Source of the DNA: Balanoglossus misakiensis
Taxonomy: Eukaryota; Animalia; Hemichordata
Reading direction: 5' to 3'
Length of the DNA: 64,000 nucleotides
Assembly: GCA_040954595.2 (NCBI GenBank)
Contig: CM082581.2
Location: forward strand, 6,502,699-6,566,698
Part shown: positions 1-12,000 of the stretch, one piece after another
Position numbering within the stretch: position 1 is the first letter of the stretch
Layout of the letters: every line of letters begins with the position of its first letter
Program-made: the position numbers and the translations under genes
Notes under the pieces: model-generated
Database searches by the model: none
Seen by the model: only the letters and a program-made list of their open reading frames with translations
Told to the model about the DNA's origin: nothing

Positions 1-97
1 CGTCGGTGTGGTTTGACCTGAGATCACTGACTTGTCGCTGAGCTGTCTTCAGATGCATCTGAGCACTGTCATGAGTCGTTTTTAGTTTCTCAATCTC
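1..97 (-). CDS. JAKMIP: Partial exon running off the window edge (EIEKLKTTHDSAQMHLKTAQRQVSDLRSNHTD...)
   Basis: Strong pyrimidine tract plus cag acceptor at 98-100; frame open to position 1. Confidence 0.8.
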
Positions 98-3000
98 CTG
101 AGAAAAGAAAGAATTTTTTTTATTTCTATTTCCTTCACTGTTGTCACTTTTAGTTTTTACTTTATTGTAAAAGCACATTGAGATATAATTTATTATGTAA
201 AGCGCTATATAAGAAATAAAAATTACGATTATGATGAAGTATCCTGAGGATAAACTGTTCAGGTGTAACTGTTCAAAAACCGTTCCACACACCTCATCTT
301 TCTCTCTCAGTTGGAGTCTGAGCTCCAGGATCTCCTTATCAGCGTCCGTATAGTCCTTCTCGCCCTCCACCAGCTTCAGTTTATCCTTCAACATGGCTTC
401 CTCCTTCTGCAGATCTTCCACGTTCTGCTCCGTCATCTCCAGCAGAGTCGTCTGCGCCTTCATCTGCTTGAACTCCTCCAGGGGCATGCGGATCATCTGT
501 CCCGTGGCCAGGTCGTCTTCCAGGTTCTCCAGCTGTCTCTTCAGTGACGCCTTGGCGCGTTCCAGATGTTCGATCTTCGTGTTGGCCTCCTGGAGTTCCT
601 CTTGGGTGACGGTCAATTCCTGTTCCAGTTCAGCAGATTGGGCACTCTGGAATAAGTTCACATGATGCATTGAGTATTTCATATTGTAAATTAAATATCT
701 CTGCTGATATTAAAAGTCAGGAAAATCAAAATGAAACTTTGTCAGATTTCTTATCCTACAGGTGAACAAACAAAAATACAACTATAAGCACCACGGAATA
801 CACCACAATTACCAAATTTAGTCATATGCCGGTAATATGCAATGACATCATAGACAGCTGTTAGTTTAGGGCACAGCTCAAATTTGAAAATCAAGTTCTT
901 TTTCTGCAAAGATCACTCACCTTGTTCTCTAACAAAGCAATGCTGGATTCCATTTCTCGGATCTTATCCTTGTACGTGGTCTCCTTTTTCTCAAGTTGAC
1001 GGATATCGTCCTTCAAATGGCCCTCCTTCTTTTGCATCTCGTCCATCTTCTTCAGCGCCGATTCCTGCGACTCCTTCAGCTCGGCCACCTTCTCATCCAA
1101 GAGATCCTTCTCCAGTTTCAGCTGGTCGTTGTCCATCTTCAGCATCCTCTCTGCACTCTCCCGCTCTCTCACGCTGTGCCTGAGATCGATTTCGTTGTCC
1201 TCGAAGTCGGACACTTCCTTCTTGAGAGAACTCTCGGAGTTTTCGAGCTTCTTCAGTTTCTGTTTGAGGTTAGCGTCTTCTTTCTCTACCTCCTGCACTC
1301 GCTGCTTCAGCTTTTGCTCCGATTCCTCCAAGTCTTTGGTCTTCTTTTCTAGAGCTTTGTTGGTTTGCTTCAGCGTGGCTTCCATCTTGTCGAACGATTC
1401 CTCTGCCGTGCTCAGCTCATTCTGGACAGCTTCTTCAGATTTCTTGGCATCATATAATTTCTTCTGCAATGCCTTCTGTTCAATTTCCAATGAGCTTATT
1501 TTCTCTTCCAATTGTTCCTTTTCTGCGTATGCATTTTTCTTTAGTTCTTCCTGTTCGATCTTAAGATGCACCACTTTTTCTTTCAACTTAGTTTCTTGAT
1601 CTTGTATGTACGCAAAATCTTCTTCCAAAGTCTTGTGCAGCTTCTGTAGATTTTTCTCCCTCTTTTCATTCCTGGCACAATCTGTCCTCATCTCCTCTTT
1701 CTCATTTTCCAGTACCCGGACTTTCTCCTGAAGGGTTTCAATTTCTCTCTTTGCGTCTTTTTCTTCTTGCCTTTTAAGAACCACAATGTCGTTTCTCAAA
1801 CCTTCTTCTGACTTCTGTGTTTTTTCCACTTTAGCCTTGAGCTCTTTTTCTCTCTTCTCAGCCTTTGCGACTTTTTCCTTCAGCACGGCATGATTGTCTT
1901 CCTGCAGAGTCAGCTGCGTCTTCAGGTCCTTCTCTCGGTTCTCCAACTGTTCAATCCTCTTCTTCAGAGTGTTGGTCAGTTCCTTGTTCCGAAGATCCTG
2001 TCTGCTGGCATCCTGGATCTGATCAGTTTGGAACTTGATGTGTGGTTCCAACCTCTCCATGTCCCATTCCTTCTTCTTAATATCCAAACCCAAGACGTAC
2101 AATTGCTCTTTAAGTTGCATTTCAACCTCCTCGTGGTCCTGGATCTTCTTCCGAAGCTCGTCTTTCTCCTTCTTCCTCTGCAGTAAGATTCTCTCAATGT
2201 CTTCATTCTTTTCTGAGATCTTCAGTTTCAATTTCTGTCCAGTCTTCTCCATGTGTTCCACCTCCTCTTTAAGCATCTCTTCAGACATTTCCAGTTCACT
2301 GATTCGCTTCTTCATCTGCTCCAGAGCCTCCTCATCTTCGATCTTCCGCTCTTCTTCCAGACTGTCTCTTTCTCGGATCCTCTCCTTCAGCTCACACTCG
2401 CTTCTTTCCAGTTCTTCCACCCTCTCTTCCGCATCTTTGACCTTCCGTCTCAGTCCACGAGCTTCATCTTCAACGTCGTCGATCTTCTCGTTCAGTTCTC
2501 CGTTCGCTTCTTTGACTCTCTTGTTCTCAATCTCCAAACTCTGAACTTGGTCTTCAAGAAGAGACTTTGCGGCCTCAAGATCGTACACCTTGTTCTCGTT
2601 TTTGTTTTCAATTTCTTCGAGCTCCCTTATCCTGTCGTTCAGGTTTTTCTCGTTGGCTCTTCTCTCAAACTGCATCGTCTCCAACTGCTCCATCAGATGG
2701 GTCTGAGATTCCTTGTCTACTCTTCCGGCTTCTTCAAGGAGTCTCTGAGACTTGCTTAAATTTTCTTTGAGGCAGAACACTTCGTCCTCCAGTTCATCAA
2801 TCCTTTCCTCGAGCACCCTTTTCTCCCTCTTCAGGTCTTTAACTCTTCTCTCCCAGTCTTCAACTTGTCCGTCCAGCAGGTTTTTGTGACTCTCCAGTTC
2901 GTGAAGCCTCCCTTGCATCTCACCTTGCTCTTCTTCCAGATTCTCGATCTTTTCCTTGAAGGACTCTTCGTTCTGGTGGTAAACCACAGTGGCTTCCTGC

Positions 3001-6000
3001 AGCATATCTCTTGCGTTCTTCTCAGCTTCCACAACCTGAGACATTTTCTCTTTGAGGATGTTCTCCGACTCTTCAAGCTCTTGAAGTCTCGCCTTGTAAA
3101 CCAAGGTCGATGTTTCCGCGGAACTGTCCACTTCCACGGACGCCTTGTCCAACTCTTGTTTCAGCTCCATCTCCCTGGCTTCGAGCTCCTCCACTTCAGC
3201 TTTCAACTTTCCTTCGGACTCCTCCAGTTCCGCGACTTTCTCGCTCAGGGCACTTTCGCTCTGTTGCCACATTTCCGCAGACACTTCACTTTCCCGAACT
3301 TTAGCGTCGAGCTGTTCCTGTACTTCAAGTTGCTTCTGTTCTGCGTCGGACAACTTGCTTCTCAAATCAGCCTCAATGTCTTCGTAGGCAATGACCCTCT
3401 CCCTCAAGATGTCTTCATTCTGGCTCCACACGTTCAAAGCTTCTGCATATTCCAATTTAAGCTTGGACACTTCCTCCTGCAGCTGAAGTTCGGACTCTTC
3501 AAGTTCACATATCCTATCCTGCGAGCTTCTGTCCAAGTCTGCACTCTCCCTGCGGACTCTCAATCCAAACTCCTCCTTCTTTTTCACTTCCTTCTTCAGG
3601 GCGGATTCAGTCTGCTGCTGCTTGCTCAGTTTTGTTTCAAGTTCATCGATCCTCTCTTTCAGACCCCTTTCTTGTTCGTTCCATGTTCTCTGCGCTTCTT
3701 CGTAACTTTCCTGCGCGTTCAGCTCAGATTCGGTGAGTTCGGCGATTTTGTTTCTGAGTTTCCGTTCGTGCAGCCCAAACTGCTCGATCTGATCTTGCAG
3801 GTCATTGACTTCTTTGAGGTGTTCTTCGTTGAGGTCTGTTTCCAAGGCTTTCCTCTCTTGCAGCTCGCACTCCAGCTCTTCAGCTCTCTGTCGCAGAGTC
3901 TCCTCGCTGCCCTCCAGCACCACAAAGCGGTCGTCAAACTCGCTCATCTTACACTTCAAGATCTGTTCCTGAGCAGCGAGCTCCTCCGCCCTGTGTTCGC
4001 TCTCGTTCAGCTTGTTCTTGTACTCTTCCAGCTCGGCTTCGTTGGACATCAGCTCTTCATCCAGACTCTCCAATTCGTCTATTCTCTCCCGGAGACTCGT
4101 TTCAGAAGTTTCCAACTCGGCAATCTTGTCCTTGGACTCCTTGTCAGATTTCTCAAGCTCTGTCACCCTTGCTTTTGATTTTTCATAGGCTTCTTCAACC
4201 TCAGCTGCCTTTTCCCTCAGAGAAACTTCACGATCTTGCAGCTCACTGATAATTTTCTTCAGCTCGAGTTCTTTTGCATTCTGTTCTTCGATGGACCTGT
4301 TAGATTCCTTCAACTGCTGCAATACCTCGTCTCTTTCTGTTGATAATTTTTCAATTTTCCCTGAATTTTCAGCCAATTCAGACTTCACAGACTCTAAAGC
4401 CAAATCACGTTCCTGAAGTGTTTCATTACTATCTTTAAGATCCTCGGCCAACCTATCTTTTTCTACCACCATCTCTTCAAGTCGTTCTGTCAAATTCGCT
4501 TCAGAATCTCTCAAATCTTCAAATGTCTTCTCACGTTGTTCTAGTTCCTGCCTGGACTCGAGCAACTTCTGTTCAATCTCCTCCTTCTCAGCAACAACCT
4601 CTGTTATTTCCTCTTTCAGCTGAGATTCAGATGTTTGGATAGTTTTTATTGTTTCATCTTTCTCAATGCACTGTTCTTCAGCCATCTTAAGTCTCTCAGA
4701 AATTTCTTGCAGTTCAATAATTTTTTCCTTCTCTCTCTCACTCTTCCTTTTTTCATTCTCTTCTATTTCCCCTTTCAGCTCCTGTAGGGCGTCCTCTTTA
4801 TCTTTCAACTCTACCTCCACTGCACTGCTCTTCTCTTCCATAGCCTTGATCGTGTTGTTGAGTTCATTTATCTCAGATGTCAAAGTTTCGTTTTCCTTCC
4901 TCAGTACACCTTCAGACGATTGCAAATTACTCAGTGCTTCTCTTAGTTCATCTTCTCTAGCTTGTAGTTCTGAAATCTTGTTTTCAAGCAATTCTTCTTC
5001 GTTACCTTCTGGGAACTGAGTTCCTGTTGTTTTCATGGCTATTTTCCCATCCACTGTTGTGTCAGATGATGACTCGGATGCACTAAACGTACCACGATGG
5101 ATTGGCTCCTCTACTACAAAAGTTCCACCTAAAGATGCCTTGCTTTCATCTGTGATAGTATCTCGTCTGATCGGTTCTTCTCTGACATCCGATATTTCTT
5201 TGTCGGCTTCCTCGTCAGTTGCAGGGACAACTTCTTCATCGCTTTCTATTTCCTGGAGCATTTTCAGAGCTTCTCGGAAATCGGCATTCTCAATAAAAGA
5301 TGGCCTGCTCTCGGTGGTATCAATACTCTCCATGAAAATAGGCGTTTCTTCGACAGATGAGTTTACGGACATCTTTACCAGGGGTTCTTCGTTGCTGACA
5401 TCTGCTACCGAATCCCTTCCTCCACTTTCATACTCCTGGATCTTCTCAAGTGCCTCTTTATACATGGTGAGCAGATCTTCCTTTTCGCAGGTCGTTTTCT
5501 TAAGTTCGTCCTTCAAAGTGTCCTGAGATGCCCTGAGCTCTTCCACTGCATTGTTAAGAGATTCACCATCGTTGTTCAATCTATCCTGCATCGGTTCTAA
5601 CAATTCCTCCTTATCCGCATCTGTCAGCGACAAATAGTTCACCTGTTGTTTGATCACTTTATCGGGAGACTGCAATTCTTTAACCTGTGCCAACAGTTTT
5701 GCATTCTCTTCACTTAGTTCTTGTAAATTTGGCTTTTCAGCATTTTCAAGCTCCCACACCCTGTCTCTGAGTTTCAGAATCTCATTCTTGGCATCCTCCT
5801 TGTCCATATCAGTGCCATCCGCAGCACTTTCAATTGGCAGTGAATTTTTCAATTTCTCATTCTCACTTTCTAAGGCACTCCTCTCGTCCTTCAGGAGTTC
5901 GTTCTCTGACCTCAGCTGATTGATCATCTCCTTCAGGGCTTTTTCAGAAAACTCAAAAACGGTCAGTTTGTCTTTCAAGTCCTCGTTCTCTTCTTTCACC

Positions 6001-9000
6001 TTGCTGAGCTCCACTTCCAAGTCGCCAAGCGACATCTCTAACGCAGCGGACTTAATTCTAATAATTTCTTCATCTTTCTTGACCGCCTCTGCTTCCCGGG
6101 TATCCTTAAGACATGTTATCTCCTTCTCCAACTCGTCAAGTTTCTCCGTCAGGGACATTTCAGACTGTTCAAGTTCGGTAAGTTTTCTCTTCAGTTCTGT
6201 ATTTTCCATTTCTTTGGCAGATTCCCTGGCAATGCTTTCATCAAGTTTTTCTCTCAACTCCTCCTTTCCTTGCTTTGTCTTTTTCAACTTATCCTTGAGC
6301 AAATTCTCCCTATCTTTGTAATCCTGAGCAATTTTATCCTGTTTTTCTTTGCGGTGGTGGATATGCTGTTGCAATTCTGCTACCTCTTGTTCAAGTTCAT
6401 CAATGTGTTCCTTGAGGACTAGTTCTGTTTGTTCCATCTTGGCAATTTTCTGAAATAAAAATGCAAGAATTAATTTTAAGCAGATATAAGTTGGTACACG
6501 TAAGCAAAATACAAGTAACTTTAAGTTGGATATTCCCCAAGCTATATTATTTTGATTTTTACTCCAAAATTTGGCAAGAGATCAGCATGTTTATTCCTCA
6601 ACCAATTACGTATTCATTTGAACACACAACACCAGATGGATGAAGGCATGAAACCAGGTTTCTACAAACAAGATTGGGAGACTCAATATGAGGCTAAAAG
6701 TGAACAAAGAATCATATGGCAAAAAGTGTGAATTCACAGTTTGAATTTACTACTAATTCTTATTCTTGTTTAATTATGGTAAAATAACATGACACATGCG
6801 AGTCAAACCAAGAAAACCAATGTCTTGCCAGCAAAACATTATTCGAGAAATTTATGATAAACAACTTTGACAAAGTGTAGGGTGGCAACACCTGAACTCA
6901 AGGACTATATGTGTTCCACTGGAACGCAACCATTTAGCGTGTGAACTGAACCGAAGCACCCATCAAGGACGTGATAAGAAGTACGAGAAGTCGATCTCCT
7001 CAAGCACACAACTATGCTGGTTTTAGAATCATGTCATCCAGTCTCAGAAAACCAATACTTCAACATCTACATCCCCTGAGTCTCAACTACAGTTGAATCA
7101 CTGTAGTCCCCAGTGAGATGAAGAAAAAATAAAGAATTTAAATTCCAACCTGCCGTAGACCGGGGCCGAAAACCCGGCCCATAGTTACTCTCACTCATGG
7201 TGCCTGCCTGTTCTTCCTCACCCAACCACCCACATTAAATGAAGACACCAAATTAAGACGCACCAACTTAAATTCAAAGTAATTATTATGTATACCTTAA
7301 GGGCTTTTTGGCTGTTCAGTCAGTGGCTACAAAGACCCTTGGCTTATTCTGTGGCTTGGAAGCGTTCCGTGAGGTAACGTAATAAGGCAGGATAACAATA
7401 GCTTTGTGCTTGAGCCTAATGTTTTGGTATAGGCAAACCTGCAGTAAGGAGGTTATGTAGCCTAAGGTGGATTCCGGAGGGAAATAAAGGCGTACAGGTA
7501 AACCTGGCTCCATTCCAAACGATGTCCGCTCTTATTCACTAACGGACGAGCCACTGTTATCTTTTGTTCCGTTCACTTTGAATGAGCTGTATTTGTTGTG
7601 ACTGTTCATCTGTATAGATGTCACCTTGGCCTAGCATTTTCGACGTGCCGAAAGAAGTCATAAAAATATCGAAATCTGAATGAAATTTTTTTTCTGATTC
7701 CAGATGACAATGGAGACAGGTAAGGAATTTTTCACCCCATTGTTACACAAATTCACCCACAACAAATGTTGGGTAATACCTAAACAAACAATGTGCTCTG
7801 AACTGCTACAGTTGACTTGTCCAGAAAAACAGTAGCCATTGTCTTCCATATCCTTGAGAGGAGATTTTCACAGGTGCAGACTACGATTTGAAAAACATGT
7901 GAAAGAGAGTTTCTGTCTGAAGTGGGATTTTTGTGTGTGGTACTTTTATTCACAGGCAAAGAAGTTGCCAGTAGCATCTCATCAAGTTTCTGAACATCTT
8001 TGGACAAAAAATCTGCCCGTCCGTAAAGTTTTCCAGCAGTTGGTGACAGGAAAGAGGTGAAGCTATTGGATGTGGTACCAATGAAAGGATTAACCTTCAA
8101 CCAGGCAAATTATAGACATGCTCAATGGTAAACAATCATGTTTCATGAGCCATACTTGCAGTTCCTATTCCAACTGAATCATGTTAAAAGTTCTTTTGAA
8201 GTCATGGGGATGCATGAAGATCGACAGTCCAATACTACAGTAAGGGTCGCCACTAACCAAAAATGAGGCCATGGTTATTTATCACCTGGACAACCATTTC
8301 AATACATATAGTCATGCCTGCTATCTGTCGCTTGTCTTTATGGTAGACCATGTTTCCAAATTGTTTCTATTGTTGTTCAACTGCCAGTGTGTTCCTATAT
8401 GGGTCATCTTCTAACAGAGCTGTACCATTTATGGTACAGTTCAAGCTGCCCAATTTCACAGGTCCAACCATTGCATTACCCCTTTCACCACCATGGTTTA
8501 CTACAACCCCATCGTTTAGGATACACCACAGAATTAAGAACAATGATGGTGAAACTAGAAATTGAAAACTCACCAACTCAGCTGCTTTGATCTGTTCCAC
8601 TTTAGATTTCAGATATTCAAGTTCCTCCAGCGTCATCACATTTTTCAACTGCGCAAAAAAATAAAATCAAACAGCTTTTAAGACAAGAGTTCACGTGGAT
8701 AAAATCTACTGGTAGCTGAAATATTCTCAAAGTATTACTGCACATTGTATAGCGCATATCAGACACACCCCCATATGGGGTAAAATATGAGTACCATCAA
8801 ATATGAAACTATTTCAAAAAGTTGATGGTAGGATCAAATTAAAAATGTGAAGGACACATTTTTCACATCAATCACAATATATCAATCAATCATCAATCAA
8901 TCAATCAATCAATCAATACATTGCAACTGATCAACTACCAATCTTCATGATTGCGATTGATTTGGAGTTGTCAAGATCTTCATTGACCAGATTTTAATTT

Positions 9001-12000
9001 ACTATTCATATTGGTTTAATACTGACAGTCCAGAGGGATATACGCCATGCAATTTTCATTTACCTCTATTTTCTTGGTCTTAATATCGGCCCCCTCCTCA
9101 GAAGCCATGGTTGCCTGTTCTTTGAGCAGACGGTCTAACTTTTCTTGAAGTTTGGAGTTTTCCTTCTCAAGGGCGGTGACTTTCTGTTATTCACACATAA
9201 AAATGAAAGTGTCACACTTTCCCCCAGAAAACACAGAACCCTAGACAATCAAACCATACTAGAGTGGAATTTACGACAAACTGAAGTTCATAGTAAGTTA
9301 CGAGAAGTGTAACATTGTCTTGTAACATGAAAGGATACCCAAATGTATAAAACATGATTAGATTTATACACCACCCCTTCTCTGTGACATTTGGAACAAT
9401 CTACATGCTATAAACAGCAGATTAGTCCAATAATCTCAAGACAGGGGAGTGTTTGTATATTTCAACACTTCTCATAATTTACTATAACTGCTAGTTGGGT
9501 GCATTGCAATTATTAGGTGGGAGTTACATGACAGTGCAGTTGCCCTGATTGTTATTATTTTAAACATTAAGCACAATTAATTCTGCACTTTCCGGTTTAC
9601 CGAAACATTTACGGCAAACCATGATTGGGTAAGTAGCTGTTAGTACACCAGCCAAGACACTGTATCTTGTCTAATCCACCCTACCCTCCACCATCCTCAC
9701 CCCAATATAGCCCTCTATACTCGCTCTAAAACCACCCTTCTAATTCATTGATCTTGTTTGCTTTTAAATGTCTCATTCTATATCTGTATTTTTGCATGTC
9801 TCCCCATTCTTCACAGTTTGTCCAAGTGTCCCTTTCCTAACGACAGACTAATTTACTCTAATGTTTAAAATAATAACACAGACAACTCTTAAAATATAAC
9901 TAATAAACAATATTCTACAACATCTACAACAAAAGGTGTGGCTACAATCATGCAGTGGCTATACGCTATTCGCTAACATGCAAACAGAGAAAGAATTCAA
10001 ATGACACACGGACGGGGACCAACATGCAAGGGACATAATTAAAAGGCACACTATACACACGGAGGACAAAATATTCTATAAGATCTACTCTGAGGTTCTT
10101 GATAACTTTTATGACACAAAGTATGGAGATCATCTTAAGTTTCTTTAAAGGCCAAACATTTCAAAATAAATGCAAACACACAAACACATGCATGCAATTG
10201 GTGGCATGTAAACATATACGGCCGTTGACATTTTCTTGCCCAGCTTTCCCAGGCTTCTTTGCCATGCTGCCCCAAAATCAAAAATATTTTAACATCTAAA
10301 TTTTTACATTTAGAATGTAAACTGTATTTGGCTCAATTGGTAAATAATTAGAAAAGGGCACTTACAAAATCCAGAAAATCTTGTGTAGTAGGACTGCTGT
10401 GCATGTAAACACTTTCACAGCACATTTGAATTTGACAAAAATCAATAAACTACATTCAAAAGACCAATTAGAAACTACAGTTTCATGCTTTGAGTCTTTA
10501 AACCATGTCGAGTTCAGAAAACTATTGATTTGCTTTGTTCTTGTTTTTTCTGACGTCCATTCCAACTGTGTACATTACTGTATTATTGATATTTCCTTTC
10601 ATTGATCAGTTTCGGAACAGCCAGGGAAACCTGTTGATCAGCTGTTGAATGGAATTTTCAGACAGTCTGCACTGTTTTTGGAGTTCACCCCCCCCCCCCC
10701 CCCCCCCCAGTATTCGTCACACCATACTACTGGTACCTTCAAATGTGAGTTTGGACCAACAAACATTAGAAACAGGGGTGACACAATTGAGGGGCTCTGC
10801 CACAAATTTATAGCGCAACAAAACGTCATCTAAACATTCCACACGAATACACATGCATGCATGCAACAACCACAAACAACACAAACACTTTCATGCACCA
10901 CAAAGTATCTATAACCCTTTCACCCCTAAATCACCAATAAATAAAACAGCCCTGCCTCAGAAATTCATCTAGGTTATTCTATTTAACAGAGTATAGAGGG
11001 ATGACACATCAACAGAAGTCATCAGTACTTTGATATATATCAAGCTAATACATAATAATTATCACCAATTAGCCCTTTAACATAATAAGCTAATTTAATA
11101 ATGACTAGCGCTAAATGTTAGTTATTAACGGGTAAATAATGTAAATGTAATATTTTCACCTGTGGTGTTTCGGGCTGCATGCAAAGGAAAAAATGTAATT
11201 TATGATGTTAGCAGAGGGGAAAAATAGTACATGATAAATACTACAGGAATAAGCAAAGCAATGAAGAGAATCAAACTAAATATTATTGACTTTAAAATAT
11301 TATCTGCAATAACTTGATTTAATACCCCTATTTATGTGTATAATGGAATGATTCATATGGTTTTTTTGAATTGGATCATTCCATGATACAGCAACAATAG
11401 GGGTGTCATAGATTTGTTTCATTTGAAAATGAAAATATCCATTTTTTCTTTATGTCCGAGTTTTATCGAAAAATCCATGAGTACATTGCAGATAATTTTT
11501 CTCATCATTACAGCCCAGAGTGCCACTGGTTTGTGATTTTGGGTTTTGACAGAAACCGCAAAAAAAAATCAGTGATTGGTCAATTTTTTTGTGTGTGAAA
11601 TCCCCTCACCAACACACCATTTTGTACCAGATAAAAGAGAGGCACTCTTGGAAATAAAACACTCACATTGAATTGAAAATCCAGTATTTGCTAGCCTGTT
11701 GATGGGATGCAAAGTATCTCTTAGAAGGTCATGCAAGGTGGGTTCCTCATCGGGTACAGCTGAAATGCACTTCCATTCCCAAGTATGAAGTTTTATGCTG
11801 CCCCTCCCCCAAGAATTTATGACAATGCCCTGCTTACAGTTAGCATGATGATGGTACTAAAAGTCAATCTAAATGGGTTTTTTTGTTAAGAGTATGAAAT
11901 TGTCATATGAATGACAATGAACTTTGTTTTTCAAATTAGGAAACCAACTATGGCAAAAGATAAATTATGTTTTGCAAGAATGAAAGCAATCTTTTGGCTT

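Noticed and set aside
2865-4178. 437-aa plus-strand ORF and other Leu/Ser/Phe-rich plus-strand ORFs over 311-6321 and 39195-39899
   Set aside because: Antisense shadows of Glu/Lys-rich coiled-coil codons; no independent splice signals or domain features.
891-6437. Treating the 1,848-aa ORF as a stand-alone myosin/golgin/trichohyalin-like gene
   Set aside because: It has an in-frame acceptor 12 nt before the ATG and a consensus donor before the stop, with in-frame exons on both sides.
9815-9972. Paired 8-nt (9965-9972) and 22-nt (9815-9836) microexons that together keep the frame (RIAKGTLGQT)
   Set aside because: Weak donors (gtatag, gtgaag) and a poor second acceptor; not supportable without RNA data, though worth checking given the nearby TGCATG cluster.
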